From Eledone cirrhosa (Eukaryota), in assembly GCA_964016885.1 (NCBI GenBank), contig OZ024743.1:241304001-241368000 (forward strand): a DNA stretch of 64,000 bases, read 5' to 3'. A model generated the notes under the pieces. The model was not told where the DNA came from. It worked only from the letters and a program-made list of their open reading frames with translations, and ran no database searches. The position numbers and the translations under genes were made by a program. Shown in pieces: positions 13,800 through 24,849 of this stretch (its first letter is position 1; the number at the start of each line of letters is the position of its first letter).

Positions 13800-16700
13800 C
13801 TTCCGAGGGACATTCGTGGAGAAAACCCATTAAAAGTCAAAGTAACCCTGATCACCAGGGTAAGTGCCCTCTCCCAGTTTTCCACCTTTAATTTATAGAC
13901 ACATACTCAGAGTAGGCCCATTCACTCGGGCCATTCTTGCCTCTCTCACCCATCTTTCAACAAAATGTTGTTAAGAGAGCACTTCCCTCTCTACCATGAT
14001 TTTCCTTTTCAAATGAAATTTGAAAAAGTTAATCAGGGCATCACCGAAGAGGTAAGTGCTCGTCTTCAGCCCTTTCAAACGTGTCCACCATACTATCTCT
14101 TTCGCCATGGCCACCAGACAGATAAAAACGGCCTGCCCTTCCCGGCTAAAGGAAGAGGGCGGGGCAATCCTCACGATGCACTCAGCTGATAGCTGGATCC
14201 GTCCTACACGCGACAGCAGGTATTCGACATAAACCCACAAGTCAGCATTGCTCGGACACTGGAAGAGTACGTGCAGGACGGATTCGTCGCCCTACGCGTA
14301 TCTCGGACATGCCCGGCTGACGGCACCTCCATGTCTGTAGAGTTTATCCCGAACTGGCAAAGCTCCTCGGTGGCACTGCCAGGCCAGGGATTTCTGGAAG
14401 TTGTCCATAGGCCCCGGCCCGAAAGTTCTTCCGAAGAGATTGGCTAGTTGATTTTCGTCGACGCCTAGAGTTTCCCCAATACGTCGTCGCTTTTCCCCTC
14501 CAGTAATCCTCTATAGAACGCCAAGGTAGAGTTTCCACCGATCACATTGCCCGATTGGTCGATGGCTGTGAGCGCCTGAAAACATTCCAGTCTCCAAGCG
14601 CTCCCTCTCGGTCTTCGTTTGACTCAGGACTGCTCCGTCAAGGAGACGAGCTGGGGAAAGACGCGTCTAGCAAACGGCGACCACATCTGATCACCGTTGA
14701 GGAAGAGGTGGAGATGTCGTAGCCTGAGAGCGTGTCTGCCCATCATCAGCCACGACATGCCCAATCCTCCACGTAGCGGGTGTTTACAGCAGATGAAACG
14801 CCTGACTATCGGAGCGCGTCCCTTCCACAAAAAGCGAAAGAGCAAACGCTCCAGCGCAGTCAGGCGGGGCTTAGGACAATGTACGACGGTCAGGCGGTAG
14901 TAGATGACGGACGCTATGTACGCGTTAGCCACCTCCGCTCGACCTTTCAGGGATAGCTTCCTCTCCGCCCATTTCTGGGTGAGAGAAGCCACCCTGCTCG
15001 TCACCTCGTCCCAGTGTTTGTCCGTCTTTAAGTCCGGACCGAACCAGACACCTAGCAATTTAACCGGTCCGTCCGTCAAGCGCCCGGCGACGCTGTTGGA
15101 CGGCATGGACCTGCCTCTCCAGGTGCCGAGCTGCTGGCCCACTGACTTTTCCTGGTTGATCATTGCTCCTGTCACCGCTTCGTATTCTCTTAGTGTATTG
15201 CCGATCGCCTCGATGTGTTTGGCGTTCGACACCACACGGTTACATCGTCCGCATATGCTGACACGGATCTTCCGCATCCTAGTTCGCGTGGAACCCCCCT
15301 CAACGTCTCCAGTTTGTGCAGTAATGGCTCGAGAGTCAATACATACAAGAGAGACGAGAGGGGACATCCTTGGCGGACCGAACACATGATGTTGAACGGT
15401 ACCGAAAGGTGACCGTTCACTCTCACCACAGAGCAGATGTCGCTGTGCATGGCAGCGATCCAGCCTCTAAAGACGGGCGCAAAGCCAGCCGCCCTCAGGA
15501 CTGCCGCTAGGTAACGATGGTCGACCCTATCGAAAGCTTTCGACTGATATAAATTTATCAAGGACCCACACGTGCCAGGTTCCCTATCTACCCTCTCTAC
15601 GATGTATCGCATGAGGTTGAGCTTGTCGTGGATGGATCTGTCGGGAATGGCGCATGTCTGCGCCTCTCCCACCAGACCACCAACGACAAGCGCCAACCTC
15701 TTTGCTAGCACCTTGGCCAAAATCTTGAACTCTGTGTTTAGCAGAGTTATGGGCCTCAAATTATCTATGTTATCCCCCTTGTTCGGATCCTTTCTCAGCA
15801 GCACCATCGCTCCTCGGCTCACAGGGCTGGGAATTCTCCCGTTCTGTTGCCAGTTGCAGTAGACGTATGCAAAGAGGCCCCCAAACAAGTCTGGTATCTG
15901 TACGTAAAGTTCATTAGGCAGACCATCCAAACCAGTCGATTTACCCCTTGTGCAGCCAGTCATTGCCTCCCGTACTTCAGCGGCTGTTATCGGCTTTTCG
16001 CAACACTCCACCTCAGTGGCCGAGAGCCGCGGAAGTCCGTCGAGGTAGACACTAAAGTCCATCCCTCGATCCGGCCCGCCGCTGCCCCCGAACAGCTCAG
16101 CGAAGTGTCGCTGAAAAGCTTCACACATTTGCCCGGCATCGACTAGCATGCGCCCGTCGTGGTCCACCAAAGACTGGATCGTGGCTTTGTTTCCACGACG
16201 CGCCTTCGCCACTTGGGCCCATTGAACGGCTTTCGCGATGTCTTTGCTAAGCGCCTCTCTAATTTTCTAACTAGTTCTCCTTCTGCTCTATTTTTCTCTA
16301 TAGCTAAAGCCTTACTAAACATAATGGACTCTATTCTAATCGCTCTTTTCAGAGTAAACTACCACTTGTTGTTGACAATGCCCCCTCCCCCGTCAACACC
16401 CGCTTAACTAGTTCGCTAATCCGGTCTCTGTAGGCCTTGCGCGCTGGTAAGGACGCGTTTAGCTTCCAATAGCCGGGTCCTCGTCTATGAAGTCTATCTA
16501 AGTCAAGCACACAGATCACGAATTTGTGGTCCGTATAGCTGACTATCTTGAATTGGGGACAGCCTATGCTAGACCTATCTATTTCTCTACCAAATACTCT
16601 ATCTAGATATGATCTGGATGACCCGATACGGTTTGTCCAAGTCCACATTGGCACATTCGGGAAATCCAATCGGTACCTGTCAGACAGTTCAAAACGCCTG

Positions 16701-17202
16701 AGCAGGTTGGTGAGACTCTTGCACCCTCCTCCCCTATCCACTAATCCCACACAGTCCCAGCGTGCATCTAATATCCCGTTCCAGTCGCCCACTAACACTA
16801 AAAAGCGGGACGTTCCAAGAAAGGTCTCCAGACGCCGGAAGAAATCAGGCCGCCCTGCTCCTGTCGGGGCATAGACAGCTACTAACCTGAAAGCTTGCCC
16901 GTCTCCGCTGGTCACGTCCAACACCTCCAGCTTACCTTCTGCGTCCAGGAAGATGGACCGTATGGCGAGATGCAAACCTCTCCGAAAAAGCACAGCAACT
17001 CCTCCCCCCGATCCAGGACGGCTGGGAGATGTGTACATATCGTAGCCGCCGAAGATCGGTGCGAAGGCCCATGCTTCGGATTTCTCGTCTCGCTGATGGC
17101 CACTACATCTATGTTTAGTGACCTCAGGTCGTTGAGCAGGTGGCTCTGCTTCCATGACTCCAAGCCATGCGCATTTATGCTGCCTATTCTGAGTGAGATC
17201 AT
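13800..17202 (-). pseudogene. Tx1 ORF2 (APE endonuclease + reverse transcriptase), frameshifted
   Basis: MISLRIGSINAHGL, LVAVYAP, VGDWN, YLDR, YTDHK, GYWKLN; RPITLLNTEFKILAKVLAKRL, KAFDRVDH, VRQGCPLS, AYADDV, VKLLGVWF. The reading is split over several frames. Confidence 0.9.
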
Positions 17203-17236
17203 GTTGGAATGGAGTGGAAAAGATGTGAAAGACCAC

Positions 17237-19341
17237 TTACCTCACTTCTCGTAGAGGAAGGATGGTTTCTCCATCCTTTTCACTGCTTGTGGCCTCCTTC
17301 GGAAGGATGTCCTTATAAATCCTCCTGGAGAGTGCTTGTCGGAAGTCTCCAATGTCTTTGGGTAATTTTTGTTTTAGTGTCGTGTACGTTTTATGTGTGA
17401 TGCGAATGATTTGTATGTGTGGAAGTGGTGTGGACGTTTGGGGTGTTGTGTAGTCTTTTTCTGTGATGCTGGTGTTGTGTTGGGTGTAGTGTAATAATTG
17501 GTTGTTGTTCAAATTTAATTGTTTCTACATTTGGCACAAGGCCAGCAATTATATCAGTGTATTACTGGTACTTTATTTTATCGACCCCGCAAGGATGAAA
17601 AGCAAAGCTAACCTTGGCGGGATTTGAACACAGACCATAAAGGGACGTAACCCTTTGATGTAGAGCATGTCCGACCCTCTACTGATACTGCCAATCCACT
17701 ACTCTTGTTGTTCAAATTTAATGCTGTGTAGTGCGTATCGTTTTGCTTGTTTTGTTTTTGCGTTTGTTGTGGGTTTGTTTCTGTTTCGCATTTTGGTGAC
17801 TTTTGTGGTGTTGGTGATGGTGGTGTTGGGGTTAATGATGGTGATGGTGTTGGTGTTTGTGCTGATGGGGTTGGTGATGCTGGTGTGGATGGTGTCATAG
17901 CTGTCCTAACCTTTTTGTTTGATAGTTTATTTGTTTCCCTCTGTATTTTATTTTTAGAGGGGGGAGGAAGAGGATCTTTTCTTTTTTCGCTTCTTTTTCC
18001 TTTTTACTTTTTTCCTGATACCGTTTCCCACTCCTCGTCGTCACAATCTGTCTCCAGTTGCGATAGGTCGGGGAGTGGAAAATCCTCCACAGGCGTTGGT
18101 TTTGGTTGTGGCGTGGTGGATGGTGTAGGCGCTGGTGCTAGTTCTGGCGCGTTGGGTGGTGGTGGTGGTGTTGGTTTTGCTACTGTTGCTGGGGTTGTTG
18201 CTGCTACAGTTGCTTCTGTTGTTGCTGCCATTTCTGCTGCTGGTGGTATTGATGGTTTAGAGAGGTGGCCTCAATTTTGTAGCCTGAGGGCAGAAAGCCC
18301 TTAGGTGGGCTCGTTCACCACAAACGACACACCTAGGCCTTCTACCATCGACGATTACGGTGAGGTGGCTGCCGTCAGTGAGCTCTCTTACTTCTGGAAT
18401 CTCCTCAATGCTTTTTTGGTCCGCTTGGATCACGAGCTCCATCCCAGATCCGGACCAGTTCTGCTTTTCTTTTGCTATTTCGATTATCTTGGTGTTGGCC
18501 TCGATGCCGGCGAGGACGGCAGCCATAAGCCAGGGAATATCGATGGCCAGTGGAACGTGGGTCACCCTGATCTTCACGAGTCTCTGGCCACAATAGCTTG
18601 GGACGAGTGTGAAGTCGTCGCTTCTTAATGGGGCCTTGTAGTGATCGCTGGCCTCCTGTGGTCTTTCAAAGAACACGTCCACGGTTCCATATTTCTGCCC
18701 ACGTCTGATGTGGGATTTTTCGCCCACACATGTCCCAAAGATTTCTGGATTTGGGTCTCGGATGCCCGTTTCACTCGGCGTGATTTTATGTTAATCGTCC
18801 GATAAGACACGGTGCATAGGCGCCGATGCTCCATTTTATTAGGTGGAGGAGGGGCGGGGTGGGGCTGACCCTGTACCCATCTTTGTTTACCATTCTCTTG
18901 GCTTCATCTAATTCCTCCTGAGTTACCTGGATTGCTTCGCATTTTTTGGCTGCTTTGGCAAAAGACACATTTGTGGTGGTGTTGATGTTGCTGTTGTTGT
19001 TATTGTTATTGTTATTTTCAGTTTTAGTTGTGGTGGTGGTGGCGTCAGTGGTGTTCGGTGTGGAATAGTCGATTCTGGGTGAATCCATTTCGATGTCACG
19101 AGATAATTTTTATTTTTGTCTCTGTTGTCGCTGTGGTGGTGGTGGGAGTGGCGGCTTCAACACCTGCAGTCATTGGTAATGGCGGGAAATGAATGGCTGC
19201 ATGAGACAAATTTAAATTATTGCTACTGCTTATATTTTTAGTGTTGGCAAACGTAGTAATATTTACAATGGTGGTGTTGGTGTGAGGTGTTAGTTTGTGA
19301 GGAAGGCTCTCAGCTGCTTGGTGTAGCTGTGAGTTGTCCAT
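17237..19341 (-). pseudogene. Tx1 ORF1 (gag-like zinc knuckle), frameshifted and SINE-interrupted
   Basis: GRRPRCVVCGERAHLRAFCP (CX2CX4HX4C), SFAKAAKK motif and Pro/Thr-rich linker. It ends at TAA 17237. Confidence 0.8.
17520..17704 (-). mobile_element. tRNA-derived SINE inserted in Tx1 ORF1 with 18-bp TSD
   Basis: Family consensus on the minus strand. TTGTTGTTCAAATTTAAT is duplicated at 17502-17519 and 17705-17722. Confidence 0.9.
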
Positions 19342-19601
19342 GATTTTTTCAAAGAAATTTTTTGTTTGATAATTATAAACGTTTAAATTTTGGGCTCAAG
19401 GCCCCAATCTTTTTGAGTGTCCTTTTCCGAAAGCAAATGTTGTGATGTTATAAACACTTAACAACAAAATTTTTCCATAAATGGCAATTTGCAACAACTG
19501 AAAACAACAAACCTTTGCGGAGCTCATGATGATACGATTTCCTACGTAGGTCGCCAATAATAATAATAATAATAATAATAATATATTTCTATATACACAC
19601 A

Positions 19602-19680
<79 letters not shown>

Positions 19681-19782
19681 GTGTTAAACTATATTCAATG
19701 ATTATGTCAAAGAATGAGTTTTACAGTACATTTGAAGCACTCAACGGGATAAATATTTTTCTGGAGTTATTAATATTTAAAT

Positions 19783-20068
19783 ATAAGTATTAATAAAATA
19801 GATGTTCTTTTGATCAATTACATTTTATTATACATATTTCTGATGTACAACAGTACGCCCTCATCAGACAAAATATAATGATATACCCTGAGATGTTAAA
19901 TGGTTAAGATTTAATCAAAGTACTACCTTGATTAAATTTTAACCATTTAACATCTCAGGGTATGTCATGTATCATTATATTTTGTCCGATGAGGACGTAC
20001 TGTTGTACATGCGAAATATGTATAATAAAATGTAATTGATCAAAAGAACATCTATTTTATTAATACTT
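19783..20068. repeat. ~285-bp palindrome (inverted PLE pLTR pair) with an HHR motif in each arm
   Basis: Arms mirror about ~19923. Minus-strand HHR at 19822-19874 (CTGATGA...GAAATATGTATA); plus-strand copy at 19979-20031 has core CCGATGA. Confidence 0.8.
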
Positions 20069-20458
20069 ACATTTTAATATATATATATATACGTATGTAT
20101 GATTGTGTGTGGTATGTATGAGTGTGGTATGTATGAGTGTGGTGTGGTATGTATGAGTGTGGGGTGGTATGTATGAGTGTGGTGTGTGTGTGTGTGGTGT
20201 GTGTGTATGTGTGGTGTGTGGTGTGTGGTGTGTGTGTGTCTGTGTGTGTGAAGTACTTCAATATTCAATTACGTGCCTATTTCTACGACCCAAATTAATA
20301 CTACTATAATCATGATTTGTAAACAACCAGCGAAGAGCTTCGTCTTGTCACTAAAGTTAAGCTAATGAAACACCAACAATCTATGTGGAAAATCTAATTA
20401 GATTTTTATGTGAACAATGTCAATCCGTGTATGTTTCCCCAACATTATTGGCCGAAAG

Positions 20459-20577
20459 GTTTACGGCCATATCACGCTGAAAACACCGGTTCTCGTCCGA
20501 TCACCGAAGTTAAGCAACGTCGAGCCTAGTTAGTACTTGGATGGGTGACCGCCTGGGAACCCTAGGTGCCCTAAACG
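20459..20577 (+). rRNA. 5S: 5S ribosomal RNA, full-length copy, probably a retroposed pseudogene
   Basis: GTTTACGGCCATATCACGCTGAAAACACCGGTTCTCGTCCGATCACCGAAGTTAAGC...AGTACTTGGATGGGTGACCGCCTGGGAA...GGTGCCCTAAAC. Boxes A and C are present. It is followed by poly(A) rather than an oligo-T terminator, and is single-copy here. Confidence 0.93.
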
Positions 20578-20600
20578 TTAAAAAAAAAAAAAAAAAAATA

Positions 20601-20792
20601 AGGGCGGTGGATTGGCAGTATCGGTGGAGGGTCGGACGCCATGCTTTCCAGCATACTTACGTCCCTTTACGATCTGAGTTCAAATCCCGCCGAGGTTGAC
20701 TTTGCCTTTCATCCTTACGGGGTCGATAAAATAAAGTACCAGTAATGCACTGGGTAATTGCTGGCCTTGTGCCTAAAGTAGAAACAATTATT
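20601..20792 (+). mobile_element. Full-length tRNA-derived SINE fused downstream of 5S-poly(A)
   Basis: GGCGGTGGATTGGCAGTATCGG (A-box region), GAGTTCAAATCCC (B-box), family body and tail. Confidence 0.9.
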
Positions 20793-21031
20793 GGCCGAAT
20801 GAATAGATATGACTTCTGCATCGACGTGAATGCAACCACGCCATTTTCTGCTGCTCCTGGCAACAGTCATTAATTATTAGGAACAATAGCCTGGATCAAT
20901 GCTGTACTTTGTGTTGTTTTTTTTCCTGGTGGAATTGTGTTGAGAAATTGTTATTTTATGTTGTCGGTGTGCCTAATGCGGTATTTCAGTTTCTGATCAG
21001 ACCTGTTTACGTAGAGGTATGACCAAGCGCG

Positions 21032-21070
<39 letters not shown>

Positions 21071-21073
<3 letters not shown>

Positions 21074-22239
21074 TTCAAGGATCACGCGTCCATCCTGGTC
21101 CTTCAAAGACCGAATCGTGGTTTTTCCACTTTTTGCCTCTGTCACTCGGGCCCAGCTAACAGCTTTGGCTCCCTCGTTACCCAGAGCACGTATTTTACTC
21201 CTGACAACGCAGCCCTCGTGCTTCGCATCAAAGAACTGGTCTAGGGCCGTTCTTGACGCCAGCACGCCGGCCACGTTGCCACTCCTAATCGCCTCTTCTA
21301 CTCTATTTGTTAATTCCCTTTCAGTTCTATTCCTATCTGATGCTAATTCCCGACTAAAACCTATCGATTCTATTCTAATTTCTCTCTTGAGAGAGCCCCA
21401 CCACCTGTTGTTGACAATTGCCCCCGTCAAACGCTGCTTAACTAGTGTGCTAATCCGCTTACTGTAAGCTTTGTTTGTCGGTAAAGACAAGTTTAGCTTC
21501 CAGTAACCGGGTCCCTGTCTATGAGTTCTATCAAGGTTGACCACTCCGGTCACCAACTTGTGATCCGAATAGTCAACCATGAACATTCGTGGACAGCTTA
21601 ATATGTCCCTATCCTTATTTCTAACTAGGAACCTATCTAGGTACAACCTAGATGTTCCGCTGCGATTACTCCACATCCACAGTGGCACAGTCGGAAAATC
21701 TAGTCGATATCTATCGGCCAGATCAAATCGGCCGATTAATCGTTTGAGGCTGTTACACCCCCTCTATCGGGACATGCCCCTACATAGTCCCAACGTGCAT
21801 CCAGGATACCATTCCAGTCCCCCACTAAAAGCAAGGAGCGAGACGTTGCCAGGAAATTCTCCAGGCGTCGGAAGAAGTCCGGTCGCGGTGTCCCAGATGG
21901 GGCATACGCTGCCACCAGCCTGAAAGCTCCACCTTCACAACTGCCGACGTCTAAAACCACCAGTCGACCCTCCGGGTCCAGGTGTACCTTCTCTGTGGCA
22001 AGACCCAGGTATTTTCGCAGCAGAACGACAACCCCACCCCCACCCCTCGGCTGACAGAGAGATGCGTAGATCTCAAAGTCGTCGAAGATGGGGGCCAGTT
22101 GGCACTCGCTGCTGATCCTGGACTCGCAAATAACCATTACATCCACTCTGTGCGACCTGAGGTCATTTAAGAGTTTGCCCTGTTTCCAGGACATCCCCAA
22201 GCCGCGTGCATTCACACATCCAACTCTTATATTGGCCAT
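21071..22239 (-). pseudogene. Tx1 ORF2 N-terminal APE endonuclease (truncated)
   Basis: ORFs 21736-22239 and 20951-21688 carry the APE motifs. Confidence 0.85.
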
Positions 22240-22279
22240 GTTGGTGCTGAAGAGTTAAAAAGGAAGAGTAAAGGAAATT

Positions 22280-24068
22280 ACTTACCTCTTCGTCTCCTGG
22301 GGACCAGGCTGCACAATTTCCATGGGGGTGTTGGAAGGGTTGTTTGGTGGGGTGGTGGATTGTGGTGGCGTGAGGACATCAGGGTGTTTGGTGGGGTGTG
22401 GGTGTCTGGTGTGGGGGTGGGGAAACATCTCAATAGGACGCTGTTATGTGGTTTGGTTCAGTTGGTCTCCACGCATTGGATGGTTCTTTTTCAAAGTTAC
22501 ATAGGTTTCCGTTGGGACCCTAATCATCATTAGGTGCGGTTTGTTCGCTGCGTAGGTGAAAGTGATCCCTTCGGTTTCCACCAAAGTGTTATTTTCTATC
22601 GCTTTCATCAACGTTTTATTGTTCTTGTTAATGTATGTATAGAGTTTTTGTTGTGTTGTGTTTGTTTTTGTTTGTTGTTCTTGTGCGTGTTTGCGTTTTG
22701 TAGTACGTGTTATGTTTTGGGGATGGGCGGGTTTTTTTATTTGTGATGTTTGTTCTGTTTGTGCTGGTGGTTGTGTGTTTGTGGCATTTTTGTTAATGTG
22801 GCTCCTTTTTTTTCCCTTTTCACCTGTTGAAAGGGTTCTCCCTCGTCGTCACTGGGTGACGTTGATACGGAGTCCTCTTCCGTGTTGTTGGGGAGGGGTA
22901 TATTTTGGGGTTTTGTTGTGGTTGCTTTTGTATTTGTTTTAGGTGGGGAGGGGTTGGGTGGAACAGTGTTTTGATTTGTTATTTTTCCGTGTTGTTGTGG
23001 TTGTTGTTGTTGTTGGTGTGATGGTGGTGTGGTGGTGGTGGTGGTGGTGGTGGTTGTGTTGTTGTGTTCGGGGTTGGCAGAAGAGCCTCTTTTTTTGACT
23101 CGTTAATTGAGGACAGGCAGCCCTCAGGTGACCCCTGCTTAAGCAGTGGTAACATGACGGCCGCCTTCCCTCCACTGAAATGTTTATATAAGTTAGCCCG
23201 TTGTGGGATATTCGCTATTCGTTCTGGGCTCATTTGCACCAGAACTTCTACGGTGGTCCCACTAAATACACCTCCGGAGGACTTTCCTATTGAAATTATC
23301 TTGTCTTCGTCAAAGTTAATGATTCCACATAGTATCCAGCAAATATTAACATTTGGTGTGATACTCATTATTTTTATTCTTTGTGTCCTTTTCCCCCTGT
23401 ATGTGGGGAAAAAGGTGAAGCGGGGGGACACAATGGGCGATACCGAGTACTTTTGAGCTGTTGACTGGTTGTTCATTAGCACCGAAATGCTACCACACAG
23501 TTTACCTTTTTGTATGAAGGTTAAGTCCTTCATTGCATCTTTTAGAACCAGCCTAATTTCATTTTCTGATAATTGAGCTGGTTTTCTTGTTTCGTCGATA
23601 TTGTCCTGAAAACCACAGTTTTCAGGACAGCCTCTCTACGTAATTCCTGTGGAGAATTAATGCTAAAAGCACCGTTTTCGCCAAAAGTCACGAATTGCTT
23701 TGCGTCTTGTAATAGTTGTTTAGCATTTGTTATGTCTATTGGCGTGTATAGTTCGTTTTTTTTACAGTCTGTGCGAATGTTGTTTTGGTGTTGTTGTCTT
23801 TTTTGTTACTGTCACTGTTGGTAATATTGTTCATGTTTTCCTTGGTGTTGCTATTGTTGCAGTTGTTGGTTGTGGTGTTATTGTCATTGTTCTTGTTGTT
23901 GGTGCTGGTATTATTTACCGGGTTTGGTTTCGTGGTTTCGATATTTTTCACGTTTTTCGATGATGCGAGGGGGGAAGGCTGCAAGCTTTGTACTCCTACC
24001 TTCCCTCCACCACTTTTCTTAGTGGGCGTGGCACTCACGACAGTGTGCGAGGTGGAAATGGCATCCAT
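22280..24068 (-). pseudogene. Tx1 ORF1 of element 2 (frameshifted)
   Basis: TTFAQTVKK motif and CCHC knuckle; homologous to ORF1 of element 3. Confidence 0.75.
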
Positions 24069-24261
24069 TGCCACCAAGTCTACAGTTTTGAGATGAAAAT
24101 TGAAAATTTCGCCCCAGAAAGGGGCGAAAATTTGTTGACTCAACGTCTGACGGCCAAGGCAAGGGGATAAACCAAACAATGTTATTAAATTGAGCAATAA
24201 ACTCACAGTTTTTTTGACAATAATCCGTAAAAATCCGGAGCGAAGTAAATCACGTCTATAT

Positions 24262-24755
24262 CAAGTGGTAATTGATATAGAGAGGAGGAGAGATTGATGT
24301 TTATTGATATAGAGGGGGAATTGCGAGAATATGTTGTATGGTTGATGTAGAGAGGTGGGGAGTTAGGTATTAATTGATATAGAGAGGGGAAATGGAAAAG
24401 ACTGCCGTGTAACAGCAAATAGAGAGGAGAATTTTGTGTTATTTTATATACAGAGGGGGATTTGGAGAGAGAGTGTTGTATCGTTGATGTAGAGAGGGGA
24501 GGAGGTGGTGGTAATGAATATAATGAAAGAATTGATAGAGAGAGAGACGGGGAGACTCTGGTGGTAATTGATATAGAGAAAAGGGTTAGGATAGTGTGTT
24601 GTATATTAGATGTAGAGAGGGGAGAGATTGAGGTTTATTGATATAGAAAGGAGGATTGGAAGAGAGTTCTGTGTAGTAGATATAGAGAGGGGAAGTGTTT
24701 AGTGTTAATTGATATAGAGAGGAGGATTGGAAGATAGTACCGTGTAGTAGATATA
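24262..24755. repeat. Degenerate ~38-bp purine-rich minisatellite (core TGATATAGAGAGGGGA), resuming at 30291-30545
   Basis: GAT(A/G)TAGAGAGG recurs about 12 times with regular spacing. Confidence 0.75.
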
Positions 24756-24849
24756 ATTTCTTTATTTGCCACCAGGGCATTGGGTGGGAGACGTTTTACA
24801 AACATCGAGTACATATAAAAATAACAATAACAATCAAAATATAACAATC

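Larger units (their letters stand above)
13642..19555 (-). mobile_element. Tx1/L1-clade non-LTR retrotransposon, apparently full-length but decayed (element 1), inserted in (AAT)n
   Basis: ORF1 with zinc knuckle, ORF2 with APE endonuclease, RT and C-terminal Cys/His motif. (TAA)n runs lie at both ends. Confidence 0.9.
21071..24261 (-). mobile_element. Tx1-clade element 2: 5' UTR, ORF1 and endonuclease half of ORF2; RT part lost at a (TA)n tract
   Basis: ORF1 pieces with RPSCYHCLSRGHLRAACP; ORF2 MANIRVGCVNARGL...VGDWN...YSDHK...GYWKLN. AGACGTG motif near the 5' end. Confidence 0.88.

Noticed and set aside
20459-20600. Functional 5S rDNA array unit
   Set aside because: Single copy, poly(A) instead of an oligo-T terminator, a TSD and a mismatch in the terminal helix all point to a retrocopy.
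20601-20700. SINE heads as tRNA genes
   Set aside because: They have A/B boxes but no complete cloverleaf, and always continue into the SINE body and tail.
20459-21071. Idea that the neighbouring Tx1 elements are 5S-targeting (Mutsu-like)
   Set aside because: The 5S copy is uninterrupted, has its own TSD and lies ~500-900 bp from the Tx1 ends.
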